Origin: Leptolyngbyaceae cyanobacterium
GTDB lineage: Bacteria > Cyanobacteriota > Cyanobacteriia > Leptolyngbyales > Leptolyngbyaceae
Direction of reading: 5' to 3'
Length of the DNA stretch: 64,000 nt
Assembly (NCBI GenBank): GCA_046080785.1
Contig: JBJTUO010000008.1
Span: 12,571-76,570 of the forward strand
The position numbers and the translations under genes were made by a program. Positions 8,055 through 18,710 of the stretch are shown here, one piece after another. The stretch's first letter is position 1, and the number at the start of each line of letters is the position of its first letter. The notes under the pieces were generated by a model. It had not been told where the DNA came from. It ran no database searches and saw only the letters and a list, made by a program, of their open reading frames with translations.

Positions 8055-9377
8055 CTAAAAATGTTGGCTGAGGCGTTGATAAACTGTGGCTAGCGCTGTA
8101 CTATCCCCCACATTGCCAGGAAACAACACCACAGGTAGCTCAGGAAACTGGGGGTGGGTGGAGGGAGTGCGCACCATTGAGACGCCCGGAATCACCTGGC
8201 CCAGTAGGCGAGCCGTCCTGAGGGCAAGACCCCGGCTCAGGGTATCATTGGAAGTAATGCCACCTTTGCTGATTAAAAAGCCAAGATCTGAAGGCAGATT
8301 ACGAATGATATCCATCAGCAGCGCAGAGACCGCTTCACCAAAATCCAACCGAGTTTGCACCCTGTCAAAGGTGAGTTCCTGGCGGCTGGTATAGATTACA
8401 GGGGTTTTGCCCTCTGCATGAATCGTGGCAATCCGATCGCTGATTTCGGTTAGTAAATTAAGCCGCCCTGCTTCCCGATCGTCCACTAATTGGGAGACAT
8501 CCACTGCAACCCCGACCACAGCGGGTTGTTGCAGTAAACGTTCCAGTTGCTCCGTTGTTTTTTTAACATGGGAACCCACAATCACCGCTCCCGGCTTGCC
8601 GTTCCGGACATAGCGGGCCATTTCATCAGGGGCGATCGGTTGGGGGGGTAAGGCCGCCAGTGCTGTTAACAGACTGGCCGCACTCCGAAACAGAAAGCGT
8701 TTGCCCTGGGCAGCGGCTGCCAAAACATCGGTTGCAAAACGGTTCAGGTCTTCCTGAGTTTCGGCATCTACCACGCAACACTGGTTGTTGTGGAGGCCAA
8801 GCAGTCGGGACTGAACCCCTGCCCGAATATCTGCCAACAAAAACCGTTCTACCTGGCTGGCTGGAAGGCGGCCACGGGTTTTTTCTGCCACATAGTCTGG
8901 CAAGTAACTGTGGTGGTAGGCAAACACCGAGTCTCGGGCAAATTCTGTCTCATGCACCGGGGTATCGACGCCATTCACTTTCAGGTAATGTACACTGTCC
9001 CGTGTTACCCGTCCCCCTTCAAAAAAGGCCGGAGTGAGAAAGTGGGCATCAAAGGGGCCTAACTCTTCGGCTATGATATCTGTCTCCAGCGGGTAATGGC
9101 CCCGCAGCGTTGAATCCGAGCGACTCACAACCAAAAAGTCAGAGATGCCTGCGGCAGCGATCGCCTGCTTCAGATTACGACAAACCTGTTGGGTAACAGC
9201 AACCGCTTTCTCCGGTGTGAGGGCACGGGTATTGGTTAAGACAAAAAAGATAGACGATTCATCCTGCAAACCAATTTGAAGGGTCTCCACATCCCATTGC
9301 ATCAGTAATAAACAGCTATGAACTGTCTGAGAACCTGTTGGATCATCATCTAAAACAATAATTTTAGGTCGGGCCAT
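8055..9377 (-). CDS. Four-carbon acid sugar kinase family protein (DUF1537, YgbK/OtnK-like)
   Basis: The 440-aa ORF has the family N-terminal signature KIIVLDDDPTGSQTVH and a C-terminal nucleotide-binding half (LISKGGITSND). Confidence 0.8.
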   Translation of the reverse strand: MARPKIIVLDDDPTGSQTVHSCLLLMQWDVETLQIGLQDESSIFFVLTNTRALTPEKAVAVTQQVCRNLKQAIAAAGISDFLVVSRSDSTLRGHYPLETDIIAEELGPFDAHFLTPAFFEGGRVTRDSVHYLKVNGVDTPVHETEFARDSVFAYHHSYLPDYVAEKTRGRLPASQVERFLLADIRAGVQSRLLGLHNNQCCVVDAETQEDLNRFATDVLAAAAQGKRFLFRSAASLLTALAALPPQPIAPDEMARYVRNGKPGAVIVGSHVKKTTEQLERLLQQPAVVGVAVDVSQLVDDREAGRLNLLTEISDRIATIHAEGKTPVIYTSRQELTFDRVQTRLDFGEAVSALLMDIIRNLPSDLGFLISKGGITSNDTLSRGLALRTARLLGQVIPGVSMVRTPSTHPQFPELPVVLFPGNVGDSTALATVYQRLSQHF

Positions 9378-9452
9378 AGTGCCTCTCTCAATAGAACACA
9401 GCTGTTATGCCCATTATCCTGCCAATTGAAACCCGTCCCATTGAAAAACAAC

Positions 9453-10724
9453 TCAAATCCCGAACAATTTGACGGTGCCAAAATTAGTAGCAAAAGCAAT
9501 ATTAAGCTGTTCTAAAGCATCAATTAGCCAGCCAATGCCATTCTCCTTGGTATGCCCCTCATAGTGACTAAAAAGCACAGAAAAGCGTTTTTCTAAGTGG
9601 GGTTTAACCTTTTGGCAGAGCAGCACAAGCCTGAGCAAGAGTGAAATGGCTACAGTGGCACCGACATTCATGATCAGATCCAGAAACACAGAATGATTGG
9701 CCTGCTGAGGACTGTCAACCACTAAGAAATTAAACAATTTGCTGTAAGTGCGCATGGCCAAAAACTCGTTTGGCGGTTGGTGATCGTGCGCTGGCATTGT
9801 CTCCCGCAGATAGTGAGTCAAGCTTTTATAAAACTGGTGGCGACCGTAGCCCGGATCAACAGCCCCGGCCAAGTAACGATACAAATCAGCCTTAAAGTCG
9901 CCGTAGGTGCGGGTATGACTGCTATAGATCAAAAATTGACGGGCCAAGTCACGTTCTGTATTGCGCCCATCGACCTTGCCAGCAAATCGTCTGACCGCCA
10001 AAATTAAATCCCGATCACTCAAAAGCGTAGGGTTTTTGGCCGAAGCAGCCAGTTGCCCTTGAGTGGATGCAGCCCGGATCACTCGATAGGTAATATATTG
10101 AGAGAGGTCTCGCTCAAACTCTCGCTGCACCCGGATTTTCATTTGTTGCACGATCTGCCGCTGCTCATTGCCACTATCTTCCATTAATAAACAGTGCTCA
10201 AACAAGTAGGGATACCGACGAATATAAGTTCCTAAGGGCTTAACTTGAGAGCCTTTGGCTTCCAGATCTTGTCGCAAAACATGGCTATACCGTCGTAAGA
10301 TTGCGTATTGCTCAGATTGAGTGAAGCACCGAACCAACTCTCGCAAACGACGGGTGGAGCGGGAATAGGTCAAATTTGACGGCGATCGCTGAAACAAGTT
10401 CACCAATTCATCGATATCTCCATGAAGTCGGCGGTAAATCTGCCAGCGGTTTATTAAAATATGACAGCATCGGTTCAGAATAAACTTGAATTCAGCATCG
10501 GCTGTGTCGGCAGTTACCAGACGATCAACGGCCGCTTGAATCTGAGAATCTGGATAGCCTACGCCTTCGACAAATAACCAGCGAAAGCGTTCGATCAGTT
10601 GCTCTGGTGACTCTATCTGCGACAATTGCAACAAATGATCATACAGTCGCTGCTCATCCGGACTAATAAGTCGATTGTAGTGCCCTGTGCAGTAGCTCAC
10701 GCTGGATACTCCCCAGTCTTGCAA
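9453..10724 (-). CDS. Hypothetical protein (alpha-helical, function unknown)
   Basis: This is a long uninterrupted 423-aa ORF with an apparent TTG start. The only competing ORF is a short antisense one (9777..10007), and I recognise no motifs. Confidence 0.5.
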   Translation of the reverse strand: MQDWGVSSVSYCTGHYNRLISPDEQRLYDHLLQLSQIESPEQLIERFRWLFVEGVGYPDSQIQAAVDRLVTADTADAEFKFILNRCCHILINRWQIYRRLHGDIDELVNLFQRSPSNLTYSRSTRRLRELVRCFTQSEQYAILRRYSHVLRQDLEAKGSQVKPLGTYIRRYPYLFEHCLLMEDSGNEQRQIVQQMKIRVQREFERDLSQYITYRVIRAASTQGQLAASAKNPTLLSDRDLILAVRRFAGKVDGRNTERDLARQFLIYSSHTRTYGDFKADLYRYLAGAVDPGYGRHQFYKSLTHYLRETMPAHDHQPPNEFLAMRTYSKLFNFLVVDSPQQANHSVFLDLIMNVGATVAISLLLRLVLLCQKVKPHLEKRFSVLFSHYEGHTKENGIGWLIDALEQLNIAFATNFGTVKLFGI

Positions 10725-10984
10725 TCAACATAGTTACAACCAGTAGCCTGACAGAATAAAGTTGAGGGATAGATCAAACCCACAAAAACCACTCTGAGAT
10801 GGTTTAAGGAAATCTTACCTACTCAAAATAACTCTAACAGACTAATAAATTTATTAAATTTACTTTAGCGAAAATTTACCTCCGAAGACTTACGTAAATT
10901 TCCACAGCAATTGCTACCCGATGCCCATCCAAGGGTGAACAGCATAGTAGGCCCATACCCGCCCTAGAGGGATATAAGACCTGA

Positions 10985-11125
10985 TTAGCGAACCCCCCGC
11001 TTTTGCAGGGAAGCTAATAGCTGCGGCCTGACCTGCTTGACCCAAAGTTCAAAATTAAACTCAGTTAAGACGGCGTTACCAGGTACTGTAGTGCTGACCT
11101 GCCCCTGCTTTGCTTTAGTTGTCAT
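10985..11125 (-). CDS. Small hypothetical protein (46 aa)
   Basis: An internal ATG at 11125 is preceded by AGGAG 7 nt upstream (tcattAGGAGatattATG). The product is MTTKAKQGQVSTTVPGNAVLTEFNFELWVKQVRPQLLASLQKRGVR. The ORF-track version (to 11254) lacks a ribosome-binding site. Confidence 0.4.
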   Translation of the reverse strand: MTTKAKQGQVSTTVPGNAVLTEFNFELWVKQVRPQLLASLQKRGVR

Positions 11126-11486
11126 AATATCTCCTAATGATAAATATTGATCCCTCTTATTTACTTTGACGCAAAAACCGCATCTTGACCAGCCGGCTAG
11201 ACGATAAATCCATTGGGTCAAATGCAGAAAGTGCAAGACCTTAATGCAATTCAAGGCTAATGGTAAGCCAATGTCCCGATTTTATGGATTCAGATCCTAC
11301 TTCTGTTTTTGCTCTAAAGAAATTAAATCATAGTGATTTCTCATCCATACCTGTAGTCAACACTTCCGTATTTAATGATACCAAATCTCTTGATGCCCCG
11401 AAAGGGGGCGGTAACTTCTTGACTTGTAAATTAGACGTTCTACTTTGTCAAAAAACAGGGCATGCTAGGAAGTAGCCAACTCAATT

Positions 11487-13631
11487 TTGCCCCACCAGGT
11501 AACAGCATTGAACGGCAATCGATGGGTGTTAATCATGATCAACAAGCTCCTTTGTGACCAGCAAATCGACGAAGGGATTCGACTAGCCCAGCTATCGATC
11601 GATTGTGCGGCAGATGCCATCTTCTGGCTGGCGGCAGATGCCCAGCTGGTTTACGCCAATGAAGCCGCTTGTCGAATTTTGGGATACTCGCGGGAAGAGT
11701 TTCTCGAGATGACCCTGTTTGATATTGATCAAACTTTAAGCAGCGACCGCTGGGCGGATTACTGGCAAACCCTGCAACAGCGTCACTCCATTTCACTGGA
11801 GTCTCGCCATCAAACCTGCGGTGGAGCATTGTTACCGGTTGAAATGACCATAACTTACCTGGAATTTAACGGCAATTCCTACGGTTGCGCTTTTGTCCAC
11901 GACATTCTGGAAAGACGTTTAGCTCAATCTGCCTTAAATGAGAGTGAAGAACGATTTCGCTGTTTGGTCGAGGGTGCGGCTGATGCTTTTTTACTGCATG
12001 ACGTGGAGGGTCAAATTATTGATGTCAATCAGTGGGCCTGCGACCATCTAGGCTACAGCCGGGATGATCTATTGACCCTATCTATTTCGGATATTGATGT
12101 CAATGACATCCTGCCGGATCTTTGGCAAGCCTTAGTTCCTGGACATCCGATTACGGTCAACAGTGTGCATCAACGACGGAATGGCACGACCTTTCCTGTC
12201 GAAATGCGTTTGAGTGCGGTTGATCTAGCAGGGACTCGATTGATCGTGGCTCTGGGGCGGGACATGAGCGAGCGGGAGCGAACTCGTGAGCAATTGCGCC
12301 AGTATGCGTTCTACGATTCCTTAACCGGGCTACCGAATCGGACAATGTTGCTCCAGGAATTGGAAAAACCGTTTCAGGAAAGTAGAATCTCTGGGCAGTT
12401 TGCCCTACTTTACTTTAAGTTGCATCGGTTTGAAGCAGTGAAATATAGTTTTGGGCACTCTGTTGGAGAGCAACTTTTACTTGCTGCTACCCGTCGGCTC
12501 ATGTCTTGTTTGCCAGCTTCCTCCATCATGGCCCGCACTGAATCTGATGAATTTGCCATCCTATTAAAGCAGGTTAAGGACATAGAGAGCGTTTTAAGAT
12601 TTGCCCGCCACATTCAAAAAAAGTTAACTTCACCCTTTGACCTCAATGGCCATCGTATTTTTACCGATACCAGCGTTGGCATTGCATTTGACACTGCCAG
12701 GTGCCGGGATGCAAAAGAGATGTTACAGGCTGCTGACATCGCCATGCACCAGGCTAAAATATCTAGCACCAATCGCTGTGTGGTGTTTGATGACACGATG
12801 CAGACTCAGGCAGTGCAGCGACTCCATCTGGATGCTGATCTGCGGCGGGCTTTACAACGCCATGAGTTTCAGGTTCATTATCAGCCCATTTTGTCTCTGT
12901 CCAATCATCAAATGGTTGGGGTTGAAGCTTTAGTTCGTTGGCAGCATCCAGCAAGGGGCATGGTTTCCCCAGCAGAGTTTATTCCCCTAGCAGAAGAAAC
13001 TGGCTTGATTGTGCCTCTGGGTAACTGGGTCTTGCGGCAGGCCTGTCAACAACTGATGGACTGGCAAAGACAGTTTCCAGGGCATGAGTTGCTGTTTGTA
13101 AGTGTCAATTTATCGGTCATTCAACTGAGCCAGCCAGATTTATTACGCCAGATTGATGAAATTTTGTGGCAGACGGGCCTGCCTGCCTGCCTGCTCAAAC
13201 TGGAGATTACAGAATCTGCTGCGATGGAAAATGCGCAGCGAGTCATCAAGATCCTGGAGCAGTTGAAAGCGCGTCAGATTCGTTTGAGCATCGACGACTT
13301 TGGCACAGGTTACTCATCCCTGAGTCACCTCCATTCATTTCCTATCGATATGTTGAAGGTCGATCGCTCCTTTGTCATGCACATTCAAGACCAGAGCAAA
13401 AATTTGGAAGTCGTACAAACAATCATTCGACTGGCCCATAGTTTAGGCATGGAGACAATCGCGGAGGGGATTGAGACGCCCCAACAACTGGACTCTCTCA
13501 AAACGCTGGGTTGTGAATATGGCCAGGGCTATTTGTTTGCCAAGCCCATGCAGCCAGAAGCGATTGCAAGCTTGTTGATTCAGGCTGCCCCAGTAACTGA
13601 TAACCCATCCACCATAAGGGAAGGGGTATAG
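11487..13631 (+). CDS. PAS-PAS-GGDEF(degenerate)-EAL c-di-GMP signalling protein, probably a phosphodiesterase
   Basis: Two PAS modules are present. The GGDEF site reads ARTESDEFAILL, with ESDEF in place of GGDEF. The EAL domain motifs are intact: VEALVRW, NLS, EITES, DDFGTGYSSL, KVDRSF, EGIET and QGY. Confidence 0.9.
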   Translation: MPHQVTALNGNRWVLIMINKLLCDQQIDEGIRLAQLSIDCAADAIFWLAADAQLVYANEAACRILGYSREEFLEMTLFDIDQTLSSDRWADYWQTLQQRHSISLESRHQTCGGALLPVEMTITYLEFNGNSYGCAFVHDILERRLAQSALNESEERFRCLVEGAADAFLLHDVEGQIIDVNQWACDHLGYSRDDLLTLSISDIDVNDILPDLWQALVPGHPITVNSVHQRRNGTTFPVEMRLSAVDLAGTRLIVALGRDMSERERTREQLRQYAFYDSLTGLPNRTMLLQELEKPFQESRISGQFALLYFKLHRFEAVKYSFGHSVGEQLLLAATRRLMSCLPASSIMARTESDEFAILLKQVKDIESVLRFARHIQKKLTSPFDLNGHRIFTDTSVGIAFDTARCRDAKEMLQAADIAMHQAKISSTNRCVVFDDTMQTQAVQRLHLDADLRRALQRHEFQVHYQPILSLSNHQMVGVEALVRWQHPARGMVSPAEFIPLAEETGLIVPLGNWVLRQACQQLMDWQRQFPGHELLFVSVNLSVIQLSQPDLLRQIDEILWQTGLPACLLKLEITESAAMENAQRVIKILEQLKARQIRLSIDDFGTGYSSLSHLHSFPIDMLKVDRSFVMHIQDQSKNLEVVQTIIRLAHSLGMETIAEGIETPQQLDSLKTLGCEYGQGYLFAKPMQPEAIASLLIQAAPVTDNPSTIREGV

Positions 13632-14971
13632 CAGGAGCCATTCCAGTCAGCATCATTACCCAACTCAATCACCTGCTTCAAGGCCGTATAGACATTGCCA
13701 TAGACCATAGTATCTTTGACCCGACCAATCACCTGGCCTTTCTGTACTCGATAACCCAGATCTACATTAATTGAGAAATCACCAGAAATGCCCGCACCAC
13801 CCCCCAACATCTGGTCAATGATCAGCCCATCCTCCAGGCTGGCAATCAGTTCACTCAAAGAGTGCTGGCCTTGATTCACCACCAGGTTAAACATACCGGG
13901 GGTAGGATAACTGCCCAAGCTGGGGCGAAAGCCATTGCCCGTAGTCCCACTTCCTAAAGCACGGCCCGTGGTGCGATCGGCATAAAATAATTTAAGCACC
14001 CCCTTTTCAATCAAGGTAATCGGTCGGGTGGGAGTACCTTCATCATCAAAAGGACAGCTAAACGGGCCTTGATTGGCCTGTTGGGAGAGCGTGAGGTCAG
14101 TAGAGATAACGAGTTGATTCAAGCGATCGCTCCAGGGAGAGGCACCTTCAATCACTTGTTTGCCATTGAGGGCTGCCTGAACTGTCCCCCACAGCATATC
14201 TGCAGCCTTGGAGGTAAACAGCACAGGAACATGCCCTACGGGAGGCTGGGTATTTTCCTTAGCCCAATCTAGCCGTTGCAAAACTTGCTGTGCCAATTTG
14301 ATCGGGTCTAATGTGCCTCGTTCTGTCTGACCATCTGCCACACTCAGAAAATCGTCCCCCCGGATCCACTCAGCTGCTAGATAGCAACTCAAAGTGGTGT
14401 CGGTGTAGCCGCAATCTAACCCACGAGAATTGAGCAATCGGGTCGTTTCTGCTTCACACTCCCATTCTGCGACACAAAGGGTTTCAGAATAAGATTCACG
14501 GATCAGGGCAATCGCCTGCTTTCCCCATTCCACTAATTGTTCTACAGGCACCCCTTCACCCAGGTCAGGGTAGTAAGATTCGGTAGGCCCTGCCAATTCA
14601 ATGGTTTCAGGTTCATTCAGCGCACTCAAGGCAATCGCCCGATCCACCAGGGCTTGAGGTTCAACGGGGCCATAGGCAACCGCCAGACCGGGCTGACCAT
14701 GGCACCAGAGTCGCAGGGCTACGCCCTCTGACTGTGCACTTTCAAGCTGCTTCAAGCGATTGGCTTCAAAAAAAACAGGCCGAGCCAGAGATTGGGATAG
14801 AAATACTTCCGCCGCTTCTGCCCCAGCTTGGGCTGATAGATTGAGCAATTGCTCAGCGAGAGAATCGTAGTGCGATTCGTCAGACTCCATACCTGTTTTA
14901 TATTCAGTATTTTTGCCAGTGAAAATTAAATTAGACTGAGAAATTTTACAATCACCCAATATTTCCAGCAT
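13580..14971 (-). CDS. TldD/PmbA family metalloprotease-like protein
   Basis: The 463-aa ORF has the family-typical C-terminal region GGGAGISGDFSINVDLGYRVQKGQVIGRVKDTMVYGNVYTALKQV. The true start may be the internal MESDES at 14890. Confidence 0.85.
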   Translation of the reverse strand: MLEILGDCKISQSNLIFTGKNTEYKTGMESDESHYDSLAEQLLNLSAQAGAEAAEVFLSQSLARPVFFEANRLKQLESAQSEGVALRLWCHGQPGLAVAYGPVEPQALVDRAIALSALNEPETIELAGPTESYYPDLGEGVPVEQLVEWGKQAIALIRESYSETLCVAEWECEAETTRLLNSRGLDCGYTDTTLSCYLAAEWIRGDDFLSVADGQTERGTLDPIKLAQQVLQRLDWAKENTQPPVGHVPVLFTSKAADMLWGTVQAALNGKQVIEGASPWSDRLNQLVISTDLTLSQQANQGPFSCPFDDEGTPTRPITLIEKGVLKLFYADRTTGRALGSGTTGNGFRPSLGSYPTPGMFNLVVNQGQHSLSELIASLEDGLIIDQMLGGGAGISGDFSINVDLGYRVQKGQVIGRVKDTMVYGNVYTALKQVIELGNDADWNGSCYTPSLMVDGLSVTGAA

Positions 14972-15048
14972 TGCTGATTCCAGGGATGAAAAGGACGCAG
15001 GATGAACTGAAACAACATTTCAAACATCCTGCTTTTCAGCAACGACAC
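14969..15048. repeat. Copy 2 of the roughly 77-80-bp palindromic dispersed repeat
   Basis: The sequence CATTGCTGattccagggatgaaaaggacGCAGGATGaactgaaacaacatttcaaaCATCCTGCttttCAGCAAcgacac aligns along its full length with 1751-1827. It lies in the intergenic region between the TldD/PmbA gene and the Tab2 gene. Confidence 0.7.
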
Positions 15049-15069
15049 ATTTCCTAACCACAACCAAGC

Positions 15070-15933
15070 TTACGCTAAAACGGTCTCTTGTAATAACCAA
15101 AACCCAGCAAAAGCTTGACTACCTGGGTCAGGTTGCACCGCCAAAAAATGTACCCCTTCTGCTTTTTGTTTTGCCGTTTCAAAGTTCTCAGCCTCTTGTC
15201 GCAGATCGGGAGTCGAGAGGGCGGCAAGAACCCAGCGATCGTTGATCCCTGTTTCTAGAAGTAGACGGGTTGGCGGGCCAGGATCGAGTTTCAAAAAAGC
15301 CAGTTCCAGGCCTGACATCCAGGCTGCCAGGGGTAGAGCCCGCGATGAAAAAATAATCAGGCCTGGAACGGGGGCTTCAGGTGCCAGACGGGTCAGGGCT
15401 AAGGGAAAGGCCTCACCAAAACCAATTTCCCACTGATTCATCTCCTGCAAAACCTGGGCATCTAGCCCAACAAAGGCCCACTTTTGGCCCCGCAGGGCAT
15501 CCGGTAAGGGCTGGGGGGGAATCGTAGCAAAACTAACAGAGGGGCTGCTACCAGCTTGAAACCCTGCCATGGTGGGGTAAACTTCTGCCAGACGTTGATT
15601 TAACCATTGGTTTAAGGCAAGGGTGCGCCGACTCAGTTGAGCAGGAATGCCCAAGTCAGTACAGGCCTTCATGATCATGTTATTCATTGCCTGCCGAAAA
15701 AAACGGATTTTATCGGGTGGCTTGGGAGACCGGGCGATCGCATCTGCAATCGCCTGTTTTAACCAAGCTGAGTTGACCTCACTATTCGGACAAAACTCAG
15801 CATAGCGAAACAGCGACTCCAACTGGCTGTCTACCTGGAGGGGAGCTTCGCAAACCGCAAGTTCCCAAATTTTTTTCTTGTTTTCGTCCAGAAGTGGACG
15901 GGAGTAAAAATCAAGTTCCCAAATCGTTGCCAT
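15070..15933 (-). CDS. Tab2/ATAB2 family RNA-binding protein (DUF1092)
   Basis: The 287-aa ORF has the hallmark N-terminus MATIWELDFYSRPLLDENKKKIWELAVCE. Confidence 0.85.
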   Translation of the reverse strand: MATIWELDFYSRPLLDENKKKIWELAVCEAPLQVDSQLESLFRYAEFCPNSEVNSAWLKQAIADAIARSPKPPDKIRFFRQAMNNMIMKACTDLGIPAQLSRRTLALNQWLNQRLAEVYPTMAGFQAGSSPSVSFATIPPQPLPDALRGQKWAFVGLDAQVLQEMNQWEIGFGEAFPLALTRLAPEAPVPGLIIFSSRALPLAAWMSGLELAFLKLDPGPPTRLLLETGINDRWVLAALSTPDLRQEAENFETAKQKAEGVHFLAVQPDPGSQAFAGFWLLQETVLA

Positions 15934-16095
15934 GCCCGGATCTGCTATCTACCGCTTTACCAGTGTCTCGTAAAATCAAGCAAAAACAGCGATCGATTCC
16001 AACTGCGGCGATCGCTGTTGACTGGTTTCATCCCGATCTTTGGCCAGCCCTCTGAGGGAGGGAAATCACTGAAATACCAGCTATTAACAGATTAA

Positions 16096-16113
16096 TCCCC
16101 ACTTTCGTGGGGA
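16096..16113 (-). terminator. Candidate pnp terminator hairpin
   Basis: On the minus strand the sequence TCCCCAC-GAAA-GTGGGGA forms a 7-bp stem with a GAAA loop, followed by TTAATCTGTT, about 70 nt downstream of the pnp stop. The T tract is weak. Confidence 0.35.
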
Positions 16114-16184
16114 CAAGAGGTTGCCAGAAGGAGCTCAGTTCCTTCTTGGCCCGCTTTGCAGTGGTAGCTGGTGAAGATCAGTGA

Positions 16185-18335
16185 TTAACTGGCACTTGCC
16201 GCCTCACGGGCAGTAGCGGCTTCGTCGGGGTGGATGCCAAGGCGGGTGAGGTTGACACGGCCGCGATTATCGATCTCTCGCACCTTGACAATTACCTCGT
16301 CACCAACGGTGACCTCATCTTCCACTTTGCCAACCCGGTAGTCAGCCAGTTGGGAAATATGAATCATCCCCTCTTTCCCGGGGAGAAATTCGACAAAGGC
16401 TCCGATCGGGATAATGCGGGTCACCTTACCAGCGTAGACATCACCAGTATTCAGTTTGCGGGTCATGCCCTGGATGATGGCACGGGCTTTTTTAGCCTGA
16501 TCTGCATCAATGGAGGAGATGGTTACCGTTCCGTCATCGTCGATGTCGATCTTGGCGCCTGTTTCTTCAGTAATACCCTTGATTGTCTTACCGCCAGGCC
16601 CAATAATCATTCCAATCAGGTCAGGGTCGATCTTGATGGTCATCAGCCTTGGAGCAAAGGGAGACATTTCCTTACGAGGCTGGTTAATCGCCTCCAGCAT
16701 TTTGCTCAGAATATGAAGACGGGCAGGTTTAGCCTGATTGATCGCCTGAGCAATCAGGGCTACGGGTAAGCCTGTAATCTTCATATCCAGTTGCAGGGCG
16801 GTGATGCCACTATCTGTACCTGCGACCTTGAAGTCCATGTCTCCCAGAAAGTCTTCAATTCCCTGAATATCCGTGAGAATCCGAATCTCTTCCCCTTCTT
16901 TGATTAAGCCCATCGCAGCCCCACTAACGGGCTTGATAATGGGCACCCCTGCATCCATTAGGGCCAGGGTTGAGCCGGAGACCGACCCCATCGAGGTAGA
17001 ACCGTTGGAGGAGAGTACCTCTGAGACAACCCGAATGACGTAGGGAAATTGTTCCTTTGGTGGTAGCACTGGCACTAAGGCTCGTTCTGCTAGGGCACCG
17101 TGCCCGATCTCGCGACGCCCCGGTGATCGCATGGGGCGCGTCTCGCCCACAGAGTAAGGCGGCATATTGTAGTGGTGTAGGTAGCGCTTTTGCTCATCGG
17201 GATGGAGATCATCCAGTTCCTGGGCCTCACCAGGGGTACCCAGGGTGGCGACTGACAACACTTGAGTCAGCCCCCGGTTAAACAAGCCGCTGCCGTGTAC
17301 TCGGCGCGGTAAAACCCCCACTCGACAAGAAATCGAGCGCACTTCGTCTAACTTACGACCATCGACCCGCACCCCCTCTTCCACAATCTGGCGGCGCATC
17401 AGTTTTTTAGTGACATCCTTAAACACGTTATCAAGGGCTTTTTCATCTTCCGATGCGGCGACCTTGACGGGATCCTCATCGGGTTGCTCTGCAATCGTGG
17501 CGGCGATGGCTTCTTTCACTTGATCCAGTGCCCCATCTCTCACCTTTTTATCCGTTTCAAAGCGAGCCAGGATCTCTTTGACGGAGGCCGTGGCTTGATC
17601 CCGAATGAAGGTTTCCAGGGTCGTGTCGATTTCAGGAGCGTCTTCTTGCGTAATCTCAATCCCCATTTCAGCGATTAACTCGCGCTGAGCCTGAATCAAA
17701 TCGCGCACCGCCTCATAGCCAAAGTCGATCGCCTCGATCATGTCTTGCTCCGGCAACTGATTAGCACCTGCCTCCACCATAATGATGCCGTCAGGTGAAC
17801 CAGCCACCACCAGATCCAGATCTCCTTCTTCAATCTCCCTATAGGTAGGATTGATGAGAAAGTCATCTCCAACCAACCCCACCCGCACCGCCGCCATTGG
17901 CCCATTAAAGGGGATTTTAGCTAATAGAACTGCAATGGAAGCGCCAGTTACTGCCAACACATCCGGTGGAACCCGCTCATCCATGGATAAGGTGGTGGCC
18001 ACCACCTGAATGTCATCCCGCAGCCAACCTGGAAATAGGGGACGCAACGGACGATCAATTAAACGGCTGGTTAACACAGCCTTTTCGGGAGGGCGACCTT
18101 CTCGTCGCAGAAACCCGCCTGGAATGCGGCCTGCGGCATACATACGCTCTTCGTAATCAACGAGTAATGGTAAAAAATCAATGCCCTGTCTGGCAGATGC
18201 TCGTGTTGCAGAAACCAAAACTGCGGTATCTTCAGATTGAATCAGAACGGCCCCACCCGACTGAGGAGCAAACAAACCTACTTTGAGGCGGATATCCCTA
18301 CCATCAAAGGATATCGACTTCTCAAATTCTTCCAT
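16185..18335 (-). CDS. pnp: Polyribonucleotide nucleotidyltransferase (PNPase)
   Basis: The 716-aa ORF has two RNase PH domains, a KH domain ([15 protein letters not shown]) and an S1 domain ([30 protein letters not shown]). Confidence 0.97.
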   Translation of the reverse strand: MEEFEKSISFDGRDIRLKVGLFAPQSGGAVLIQSEDTAVLVSATRASARQGIDFLPLLVDYEERMYAAGRIPGGFLRREGRPPEKAVLTSRLIDRPLRPLFPGWLRDDIQVVATTLSMDERVPPDVLAVTGASIAVLLAKIPFNGPMAAVRVGLVGDDFLINPTYREIEEGDLDLVVAGSPDGIIMVEAGANQLPEQDMIEAIDFGYEAVRDLIQAQRELIAEMGIEITQEDAPEIDTTLETFIRDQATASVKEILARFETDKKVRDGALDQVKEAIAATIAEQPDEDPVKVAASEDEKALDNVFKDVTKKLMRRQIVEEGVRVDGRKLDEVRSISCRVGVLPRRVHGSGLFNRGLTQVLSVATLGTPGEAQELDDLHPDEQKRYLHHYNMPPYSVGETRPMRSPGRREIGHGALAERALVPVLPPKEQFPYVIRVVSEVLSSNGSTSMGSVSGSTLALMDAGVPIIKPVSGAAMGLIKEGEEIRILTDIQGIEDFLGDMDFKVAGTDSGITALQLDMKITGLPVALIAQAINQAKPARLHILSKMLEAINQPRKEMSPFAPRLMTIKIDPDLIGMIIGPGGKTIKGITEETGAKIDIDDDGTVTISSIDADQAKKARAIIQGMTRKLNTGDVYAGKVTRIIPIGAFVEFLPGKEGMIHISQLADYRVGKVEDEVTVGDEVIVKVREIDNRGRVNLTRLGIHPDEAATAREAASAS

Positions 18336-18710
18336 GTAATGTGCTATCCTTTCTTCTCTGCTCTTTTGTTTCCTGTCGCGATCCTAGCATTGAACGCTGT
18401 AACCTGCCCGACAGGCTTGCCCAAAAGACCTGCGTTCATTTTTGTCCCGCCTTGCGCTGGTGGACTAACCGTTTTGACAAATCGGTAACGACGCGATCCT
18501 AGAATTATGGTTTTACAAGCTACAATCACCTAAGATGAGGTAAGCCATTGGGTTTAACCTGGGCACGCTACAACAAACTCGTCCCGCACGGTTGCCAGGG
18601 TTAAAGCCAAGTATTTTATTTCTTTAGCGATTTGCCTCAGAATTGCCCATTACATTGCTCCTGCCAAGCCTCCCTGATCCATCCGATGCCACTTCAAAAG
18701 TATTGATCCA

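Noticed and set aside
11260-11475. A 71-aa plus-strand ORF lies upstream of the PAS-GGDEF-EAL gene.
   Set aside because: It has no ribosome-binding site or motif, and its AT-rich composition is promoter-like. It is probably the 5' leader or promoter region.
16230-16769. A 179-aa plus-strand ORF, along with 16510..16716, 17057..17281, 17484..17678 and 17966..18286, lies inside pnp.
   Set aside because: These ORFs lie fully antisense to an unambiguous PNPase gene. They have no motifs and are typical shadow ORFs.
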